Positions 57,597 through 64,000 of a stretch of DNA of 64,000 bases are shown one piece after another; the stretch's first letter is position 1; each line of letters opens with the position of its first letter. The position numbers were made by a program, and so were the translations under genes. The notes beneath the pieces are model-generated. The model searched no databases, was not told where the DNA came from, and saw only the letters and a program-made list of their open reading frames with translations. This DNA comes from Candidatus Micrarchaeota archaeon (lineage in GTDB: Archaea; Micrarchaeota; Micrarchaeia; Norongarragalinales; Norongarragalinaceae), in NCBI GenBank assembly GCA_016207165.1, contig JACQQD010000005.1, positions 140,088-204,087 of the forward strand, in the 5' to 3' direction.

Positions 57597-58342
57597 AATC
57601 GGATCACCAATCCCTGCTTTTCCAGGTATGCCTTGAGTTTGGGGATCTCGATTTTTCCTGAGTGAAACGTGCTGGCGCCCAATGCGGCGTCAGCCACCTT
57701 CAACGCTTCCAGGTAATCCCGCATGCTTCCGGCGCCGCCGGAGGCCACCACGGGAATTGAAACCGCCTTGCAGACTTTCCCCAGCAACTCCAAGTCAAAC
57801 CCGTTCTGCATGCCGTCGCGGTCCATGCTCGTCAACAAAATCTCGCCGGCGCCCAGTTCCTGGACGCGTTTTGCCCAGGCCACGGCGTCCAATCCGGCAT
57901 CCGTCGTACCGGCCCGCGTGAACGCGTTCCATCCGCCGTTTTGTTTTTTGGCGTCGATGGCCGCCACCACGCTTTGGCTTCCGAATTGGCGAGCCAATTC
58001 CGTGACCAGGGCCGGATTTTGAATGGCCGCCGAGTTGACGCTGATTTTGTCCGCGCCGTTTCGAAAAAGGGTTTCCGCATCTTTCACGGACTTAATGCCT
58101 CCGCCGACGGTCAATGGGACGAAGACGTTTTCCGCGGTTTTGCGCATGACGTCCACCAAGGCTTGACGGCCTTGAATCGTGGCGGAAACGTCCAGAAAAA
58201 CGATTTCGTCGGCGCCCTGCTCGCTGTAGTGCGCGGCGATGGCCGCGGGATCGCCTTGGTCTTGGAGGTCCAGGAACTTTTTGCCTTTCACGACGCGTCC
58301 GTCTTTGACGTCCAGGCACGCGATGATGCGCTTGGCTAGCAT
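57593..58342 (-). CDS. hisF: imidazole glycerol phosphate synthase cyclase subunit
   Basis: RIIACLDV, GADE, GGGI, GAGEILLTSMDRDG, ASGGAG. Confidence 0.95.
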   Translation of the reverse strand: MLAKRIIACLDVKDGRVVKGKKFLDLQDQGDPAAIAAHYSEQGADEIVFLDVSATIQGRQALVDVMRKTAENVFVPLTVGGGIKSVKDAETLFRNGADKISVNSAAIQNPALVTELARQFGSQSVVAAIDAKKQNGGWNAFTRAGTTDAGLDAVAWAKRVQELGAGEILLTSMDRDGMQNGFDLELLGKVCKAVSIPVVASGGAGSMRDYLEALKVADAALGASTFHSGKIEIPKLKAYLEKQGLVIRL

Positions 58343-59037
58343 GACGCGACCTCCAGGGCTTTTCCAAGGGTGAAGCGGTTCTCGTACAATGCTTTCCCCA
58401 AAATCACGCCAGCGGCCCCGCGTTTCTTCAAGGCGTCGATGTCTTGCAGGCGAGCCACGCCGCCGGCCACGAAAAAAGGCAGCGGCACGTCCAACCCGTC
58501 CAAAAACGCGCCCGTTTGCCCGGAAAGCACGCCGTCGCGGGACACGTCGGTGAACACCAAGCCCGCGAAACCCGCTTTTTTGAGTTCCAGCAAGTCCGGC
58601 ATGGGGGCGGAGGCCGTCCAGCCCTTGACCTTGAATTCCCCATTTCTGACGTCGATGGATGCCAGCACTTGGCCGGGAAACGCGTCGGCCACGCGTTGGG
58701 CTTCGGAAAAGTCTTCAGACAAAAGCGTGGAAAGCACCAGCCGGTTGGCTCCCGCGTCCACCCACGTTTTGGCGTCAGAGAGGCACCGGATGCCGCCGCC
58801 GACTTGAAGGTTGACGTCCACCGCTTCTCGCACCGCCTTGAACGCGTCCAGGTTTTCGGGTTTGCCGGAGAACGCCGCGTTCAAGTCCACGACGTGAATC
58901 CACGCGGCGCTTTGGTCTTGGAAGGCTTTCGCTGTGGCTGCGGGGTTTTCCGCGTACTTTGTTTTTTGTTCAAGGCGGCCCTGGCGCAGGCGCACGACTT
59001 TGCCTTCGTACAAGTCCACGGCGGGAATTACTTCCAT
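58336..59037 (-). CDS. hisA: ProFAR isomerase
   Basis: IPAVDL..GKVVRL.QG, HVVDL, QVGGGIR, TDV.RDG. Confidence 0.93.
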   Translation of the reverse strand: MEVIPAVDLYEGKVVRLRQGRLEQKTKYAENPAATAKAFQDQSAAWIHVVDLNAAFSGKPENLDAFKAVREAVDVNLQVGGGIRCLSDAKTWVDAGANRLVLSTLLSEDFSEAQRVADAFPGQVLASIDVRNGEFKVKGWTASAPMPDLLELKKAGFAGLVFTDVSRDGVLSGQTGAFLDGLDVPLPFFVAGGVARLQDIDALKKRGAAGVILGKALYENRFTLGKALEVASC

Positions 59038-59038
59038 G

Positions 59039-59629
59039 TCAGAGCACTCCTTTGGTGGTCGGCAGCGCGTCCGGGCTGGTTTTTTCATCGAATGCCACGG
59101 CTTGCCGGCACGCTTTTGCGAAGGCCTTGAAGCACGCCTCGATTTTGTGGTGGTCGTTGCGGCCGTAAAGCAGTTTGACGTGCACGTTGGCTTTGGCGTT
59201 TTGGGCAAAGGCCTCGAAGAAATCCGCGACCAGCTCCGTGGGAAAGTTTCCGATCATGGGCCGCGAAACCGGGCAGTCCACCACGGCATGACTTCGTCCG
59301 CCGAAATCCACGGCGCACAAGGCCAGGGCTTCGTCCATGGGCACGCACGCCCAACCGTACCGCATCACGCCTTTCTTGTCCCCCAACGCCTGGTTGAAGG
59401 CTTGGCCCAACACGATGCCGACGTCTTCAATGGTGTGGTGAGCATCCACGTCCAAGTCGCCTTGTGCGCGTACGCTCACGTCAAACCCGCTGTGCTTGGA
59501 AAACAAGTCCAGCATGTGGTCGAAAAAGGCGACGCCGGTCTGGTTGTCGTAATTGCCTGAGCCGTCCAGGCCAAGGGACACGCGGACGTCGGTTTCATTG
59601 GTTTTCCGCTGGATGGATGCGTTTCTCAT
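59039..59629 (-). CDS. hisB: imidazoleglycerol-phosphate dehydratase
   Basis: RKTNET, FFDHML, HHTIED, PMDE, NDHHKIE. Confidence 0.95.
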   Translation of the reverse strand: MRNASIQRKTNETDVRVSLGLDGSGNYDNQTGVAFFDHMLDLFSKHSGFDVSVRAQGDLDVDAHHTIEDVGIVLGQAFNQALGDKKGVMRYGWACVPMDEALALCAVDFGGRSHAVVDCPVSRPMIGNFPTELVADFFEAFAQNAKANVHVKLLYGRNDHHKIEACFKAFAKACRQAVAFDEKTSPDALPTTKGVL

Positions 59630-60687
59630 GTCAAGGCCTCCAATAGTTTGCTGTTTTGCGTTGGGCTTCGCACGGTGATGCGCAGGCAATTCTTCGTCAG
59701 CGCGTTCTCCGAGAGGTTGCGCACCACCAACCCTTTGGTCAACAGGCGTTTGAACTGTTTTTGCGCGTCTGGAAACTTTATGAGGAGGAAATTTGTCTCC
59801 GACGGAAACACCTCGAAGGGGGGTTCCAGGCGACTCTTAAGTTTTTCGCGTTCGGCGACCATAGCCGCCACGCCGTCCTTCATTTGTCGGATGCCTTCCG
59901 CGCTTAACGCGGCCCCTGCCAAAACGGTGGCCGGCTCGGAGACGCTGTTGGGTAGGCGCAGCTTGTTGAGTACGGCGGCCAGTTCTGGGTTGGTGACGGC
60001 ATAGCCCACTCGGGCTCCAGCCAGTCCGAAGGCCTTGGAAAGCGTGCGCACCACGACGAGGTTTTCGTACTCCTGCGTGAGTTTCACCACGGATTCGCCG
60101 CCAAACTCGGCGTAGGCTTCGTCCACGACCACGGTGGCTTTGGTGGATTCCATGAGGGCCCTTATTTTGGAAGGCGGTTCGGCGTTGCCCGTGGGCGAGT
60201 TGGGGTTGCACACCCAGACCAGCTTGGCGTTTTGGGCGGCCTCCGTCAACGCATCCACGTCCAACGCATGCGATGCGGTTCGAGGGACTTCCACCACCTT
60301 GGACCCGACCCGTTGGCTGGCGATGGAAAACATGGAGTACGTCGGCGTGGAAATGACGCTTTTCTCGCCTTTCTCCAGAAATGCCAATGCGATGGTGTCA
60401 ATGACTTCGTCTCCGCCCGCGCCCACGACGACTTGGCGTTCCTGGACGTCCAGGTAATTGGCCACGCCTTTCACGATCCCTTCGTAGTTGGCGGGCGGGT
60501 ACTCGTTGACCGCCATCCCGGCCCTCTTTTGCAGGGCTTCGGCAACAACGTTCAGGACGAAAGGGCTTGTGTTCATGTCGAACCGGATGACGCTTTTTTC
60601 GTCCAACCCGTACCGTTTCGCGATGCTTCGGCTGGATTCTTCCCAGGCGTAGGCGTTCATGTTCCGTACCGTGCGTCGAATGCTCAT
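59626..60687 (-). CDS. hisC: histidinol-phosphate aminotransferase
   Basis: CNPNSPTG, DEAY.EF, RTLSKAFGLAG.R.GY. Confidence 0.92.
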   Translation of the reverse strand: MSIRRTVRNMNAYAWEESSRSIAKRYGLDEKSVIRFDMNTSPFVLNVVAEALQKRAGMAVNEYPPANYEGIVKGVANYLDVQERQVVVGAGGDEVIDTIALAFLEKGEKSVISTPTYSMFSIASQRVGSKVVEVPRTASHALDVDALTEAAQNAKLVWVCNPNSPTGNAEPPSKIRALMESTKATVVVDEAYAEFGGESVVKLTQEYENLVVVRTLSKAFGLAGARVGYAVTNPELAAVLNKLRLPNSVSEPATVLAGAALSAEGIRQMKDGVAAMVAEREKLKSRLEPPFEVFPSETNFLLIKFPDAQKQFKRLLTKGLVVRNLSENALTKNCLRITVRSPTQNSKLLEALT

Positions 60688-61898
60688 CGCCGTTGCACTT
60701 CCAGGGATTGCGCGTGGCCAAAGAGTCCCTCGCTTTTTGCGATGGCGGCCGCATCTTTTTCCAGTCCAGCCTGTCGGCGTTTCACGCAGGCCGTGGGCTT
60801 GAGGAAATCGTAGGCCGACAACATGCCGAATGCTTTGGCAAACCCGTTGGTGGGCAACACGTGGCTGGAGCCCAGCAGGTAGTCGCCCAACGCCGGCGGC
60901 GTGCCAACGTAGATGACGCCCGCGTTTTTGATTCCGTTTTTCAGGACCGCGGCGTCGCCATATAGTGCCACGTGTTCAAAAGCGTAGCCGTTGGCCAATG
61001 CGATGGCCTGGGTTTTTGAGACGACTTGGGCGAAACCGTTTTGCTCCAGGCTCTGCTTGATGATGGTCGCGCGCCGCGCTTTTTGGATTTGTTCTTCAAG
61101 TTCCGCGCTGACGGCTTCAAGGATGTTTTTGTCCAGAGCCAGCAACCCGACGCGGGCCGCCGCATCGTGTTCGGCTTGCGCTAGAAGATCCAACGCGATT
61201 TGCTTGGCATCCGCGTCGGATCCGGCGATGCACAAGAGTTCCGTGGGCCCAGCTGGAAAATCGATGGCCACGTCCCTGGCGCACAACCGCTTGGCGGCGT
61301 CGACAAACACGCCGCCGGGCCCAATGATTTTGTCCACGCGGGAAATGGTTTTCGTGCCGTATGCCAACGCCGCAATGGCTTGGACTCCTCCGACTTGAAA
61401 CACGTGGTCAGCTCCCGCCAGGGCGCATGCCGCCAAGACGGCCGCGGAGGGGTTGGGGGGAGTGCACACCGTTACGTCACAGCCCAGGGTTTTGGCCGGC
61501 ACGGCCGTCATCAACGCGGTAGAAGGGTACGCCGCTTTTCCGCCGGGCACGTAGCATCCCACGCTTTCAATGGGCGTCCACGTCCAGGAAAATCCGGCGA
61601 ACTCATCGGTCCACGTCTTGTTCTTTGGCCTGGTTTTTTCGGTGAAGGCTTGGATGCGTCGCGCCGCGTTGTTCAACGCCTTTCTTAACTCCGGTTCAAT
61701 TTTATCCAACGCGTCTTGCTGGACTTTTTTTGGGATTTCAAATTGCTTTGGATCCAATTTCACTCCGTCAAAGCGTTGGGTATATTCTTGGATGGCGTCG
61801 TCGCCGCGTTGTTGGACGTCTTGGATGATGGGTTGCGCGTTTTTCCAAACGGTTTCGGAATATCTTGCGGTGGCCGGCGGGCCACGGGTCTTAAGCAT
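60684..61898 (-). CDS. hisD: histidinol dehydrogenase
   Basis: YVPGG...YPST, GGVQAIAALAYG, AGPTE, QAEH, EH, GDY..GSSHVLPT. Confidence 0.93.
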   Translation of the reverse strand: MLKTRGPPATARYSETVWKNAQPIIQDVQQRGDDAIQEYTQRFDGVKLDPKQFEIPKKVQQDALDKIEPELRKALNNAARRIQAFTEKTRPKNKTWTDEFAGFSWTWTPIESVGCYVPGGKAAYPSTALMTAVPAKTLGCDVTVCTPPNPSAAVLAACALAGADHVFQVGGVQAIAALAYGTKTISRVDKIIGPGGVFVDAAKRLCARDVAIDFPAGPTELLCIAGSDADAKQIALDLLAQAEHDAAARVGLLALDKNILEAVSAELEEQIQKARRATIIKQSLEQNGFAQVVSKTQAIALANGYAFEHVALYGDAAVLKNGIKNAGVIYVGTPPALGDYLLGSSHVLPTNGFAKAFGMLSAYDFLKPTACVKRRQAGLEKDAAAIAKSEGLFGHAQSLEVQRR

Positions 61899-62456
61899 AC
61901 AGCCACCCCGGTTTTCCCGCGTTTTTGTTGGAAATGAAGACCGCCGACGAAGACAGGACGTCTTCCAGGGCGACCAACCCGTTTTCTTTGAGCGTCCGGC
62001 CCGTCTGCACCAAGTCCACCACGGCGTCGGCCACCCCCAGGCGCACGCTGGTCTCCACGGCGCCACTTAATTCGATGACGTCGGTTCGGATGCCTTTTTC
62101 CTTGAAGAATTCCGTGGTCAGCCTTGGAAAACTCGTGGCCACGGTGGCGTTCTCCAAGTCTTCCAGGGTCACGCCGGGTTTGGCGGCCAGGCTCAATCGG
62201 CAAAAACCAAAGGGAAGCGCCGCGCACTGCACTACGTCGGCCTGCGTTTCCAACACCAAGTCCAAGCCCGTGACTCCAAAATCCACGGCCCGGACTGAAC
62301 GTATTTTGGGATGTCTTGGGCGCGCACGGCGAAGCATTCAAACACGCCGTTTGGCGATACGCCCACGGCTTCGGCGACTGGAAAGCCCAAGCGGTCAAGC
62401 AGTTGCAGGGCGCCGTCGCGCAGGCGGCCTTTGCTGGGGTAGGCGATGCGCCGCGT
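61891..62456 (-). pseudogene. hisG: short-form ATP phosphoribosyltransferase, frameshifted and lacking a canonical start
   Basis: (T)RRIAYPSKGRL...RAQDIPKYVQSG in one frame; AVDFGVTGLD...GAVE...DLVQTGRTL in another; 1-nt loss near 62290; ACG at the start position. Confidence 0.8.
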
Positions 62457-62459
62457 TGT

Positions 62460-62478
62460 TTGTACGGTGAACCAAACC
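62460..62478. promoter_or_regulatory. palindromic element shared with the ilv operon promoter
   Basis: TTGTACGGTGAACCAAACC versus TTGTATGGTGAACCAAACC (reverse complement of 32624-32642). Confidence 0.65.
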
Positions 62479-62523
62479 CCTTGCCATCATTCCCACTTTT
62501 TTCCCATTTGGCGTTCGGGGTAT

Positions 62524-62883
62524 TTATTTCTTTTGGCCGTCGAGTTTCCGGCCTAATTCTTCAAACCGGCTTTTAAGCGCGTTGACGCGTTCGGCTTTGC
62601 CTTGGTATTCCAGGTACAGCGTCGCGTTTCGTCGGCCGTCGGTGCCCTGGTTTCTTCCCATCGTCAGCTGGAGTCCGGTGACGTTGATGGACCGGCGGAG
62701 GCGTTGGAGGCGTTCCCCAAGTTCTGCGCGTTGCCGGTCGTGCAGTCGGAATGCTAGGTTGACGGAGATTCTGGCTTCGCCGTCCTCGGAAACGAGTTGA
62801 ATTTCGGCGTGTTTTTCCGTCTGGTTGGTCAGCCGCTCGGTGGCGTGTTCTTCCAAAAAATGGTGCAGCAGAAGCATGGTCAC
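62524..62883 (-). CDS. hypothetical protein
   Basis: 119-aa ORF overlapping the stop of the upstream gene. Confidence 0.55.
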   Translation of the reverse strand: MTMLLLHHFLEEHATERLTNQTEKHAEIQLVSEDGEARISVNLAFRLHDRQRAELGERLQRLRRSINVTGLQLTMGRNQGTDGRRNATLYLEYQGKAERVNALKSRFEELGRKLDGQKK

Positions 62884-63266
62884 ATTTTCCGAATGGTTTT
62901 GAGGTTCACGCCGGCTTTTCTCAGTTTTTTTCCGAGTTCGGATGCCGGCTTGGCGCTTTTCGCGACGATGCGCCAGACGGCTTTTTGGCCGCGTAACGTG
63001 GAGTGCGATTCGGTGGCCACCAAGTCCACGCCTTGCCTGTAAAGCGCGTCGGCGGCCTTGGCCAGGGAGCCCGGCGCGTCGTCCAAAAGGATTTCAATGA
63101 ACACGAGGTTTTTTTCCTCGGCTGGAGTGATGCGGACGCTTTGGTGGTCTTCGTCCAGAACCGCGTAGGCCGTCGTGTTCTCTGAGAGGTTCAAGAGCTC
63201 GCGGAAGTGCTGCGGCAACACAATCCGGCCGCGCGAGTCGATTTTGACGCGTTCCAGTTTTCCCAT
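62880..63266 (-). CDS. AbrB/MraZ-type DNA-binding domain + ACT domain regulator
   Basis: KIDSRGRIVLP..FRE.L swapped hairpin; LDDAPGSLAK....L...GVDL ACT motif. Confidence 0.8.
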   Translation of the reverse strand: MGKLERVKIDSRGRIVLPQHFRELLNLSENTTAYAVLDEDHQSVRITPAEEKNLVFIEILLDDAPGSLAKAADALYRQGVDLVATESHSTLRGQKAVWRIVAKSAKPASELGKKLRKAGVNLKTIRKM

Positions 63267-63343
63267 GGGCATTCCGTCGTACGGTTTTTCGGCCTTTAAA
63301 GGTTCTGGGGGAGGAAGGCTTTCAACGAAGGCGGAGGGGTGTT

Positions 63344-64000
63344 TCAGCGGTTCCTTCTTTTTTTCCGGGATTTTCGGGTTTTCTTCTTGTCGGCTTCCGC
63401 GGCGGGCTCCACGGCTTGGGCGTACTGGTCTTTTTCTGGAATGGGATTGCTTTGCGTGGAGGGTTCGTGGCGGTGCGTGAAGTAGTAATGCAGGGCTAGC
63501 AAGGCGATGAACAGGGTGATGGCGACGGCGACCAGCGGGTAGTTGGTGGCGTCGGCTACCCCGCTAGGCTGTACTTGGTCTTCCGCGGGTGGTGCCTTTT
63601 GACGGGTGGTCTGCGTCTGCGTGGAACCGGGTTGCGCGTTTGGCGCCGAGGGAAGGACCAGTTCAAACGAATAGGTGGACTTCAGCATGCCGGCGGTCTG
63701 GGTCCCGACTCCGGAAAGCGTGACGGTGACGTTGTACGTTCCGCGCGCGTTTTCGGGAATGTGCCATTGAATGGAAAACGTCGTGTTGCTGATGGGTCCC
63801 ACGCGGGCGGGAACATCAACGGTGTACCAGCTCTCCGGAATTCCGTACAGGGTGATGTTGACGTTGAGCAAAAATCCCGTGTAGTATGAGGTAATGGTGA
63901 CTTCCGTGGTGGACGGGGTTCCGGGAACCAGGGTGTCTATTTTCTTGGGGATTTGCTGGATGACGAAAACGTCTTTTGTCCCTCCTCCGCCTCCACCGCC
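63344..64000 (-). CDS. surface protein with C-terminal membrane anchor (partial, runs off window)
   Basis: Ig/CARDB-like beta strands, Q/T/P linker, TM helix, basic tail. Confidence 0.7.
   Translation of the reverse strand, partial: GGGGGGGTKDVFVIQQIPKKIDTLVPGTPSTTEVTITSYYTGFLLNVNITLYGIPESWYTVDVPARVGPISNTTFSIQWHIPENARGTYNVTVTLSGVGTQTAGMLKSTYSFELVLPSAPNAQPGSTQTQTTRQKAPPAEDQVQPSGVADATNYPLVAVAITLFIALLALHYYFTHRHEPSTQSNPIPEKDQYAQAVEPAAEADKKKTRKSRKKRRNR

Noticed and set aside
62280-62300. Programmed frameshift in hisG
   Set aside because: No slippery heptamer, and the start codon is also defective
1-64000. CRISPR arrays, transposases, integrases, rRNA
   Set aside because: No repeat-spacer periodicity or recognisable motifs seen

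Overview
GC-rich archaeal chromosomal segment, most likely from a DPANN archaeon such as Ca. Micrarchaeota. This placement is inferred from the split RpoB, a fused and shortened RpoA'-A'', many leaderless TATA promoters and orphan genes. 0.2-22.8 kb: the rpoH-rpoB''-rpoB'-rpoA / rpl30e-nusA-rps12-rps7-EF2-EF1a-rps10 superoperon, interrupted by inserted accessory genes. 23.9-32.7 kb: a yunC-thrC*-ilvBNCDE-amidase operon. Its threonine-synthase-like enzyme is fused to a LeuA allosteric domain, and it is preceded by a long structured leader. 33.8-50.1 kb: an unusual modular split-dikinase locus. It has one stand-alone PPDK_N ATP-grasp protein, four paralogous helical-domain + phospho-His swivel proteins, three paralogous HTH regulators each followed by a CCG-N8-CGG site in front of the next TATA box, and two small membrane peptides, with a complete hut (histidine degradation) cluster embedded. 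Next come a RelE-type TA pair, a methyltransferase, an intron-containing tRNA-Ser, DUF4256, a PvcA/Dit1-type isocyanide synthase homologue, a Kef antiporter and a MazG-like enzyme. The window ends with a his operon (no hisH; hisG broken) that shares a 19-bp palindromic element with the ilv operon promoter. No CRISPR array or transposase was seen. All family calls are from motif recognition by eye; no searches were run.
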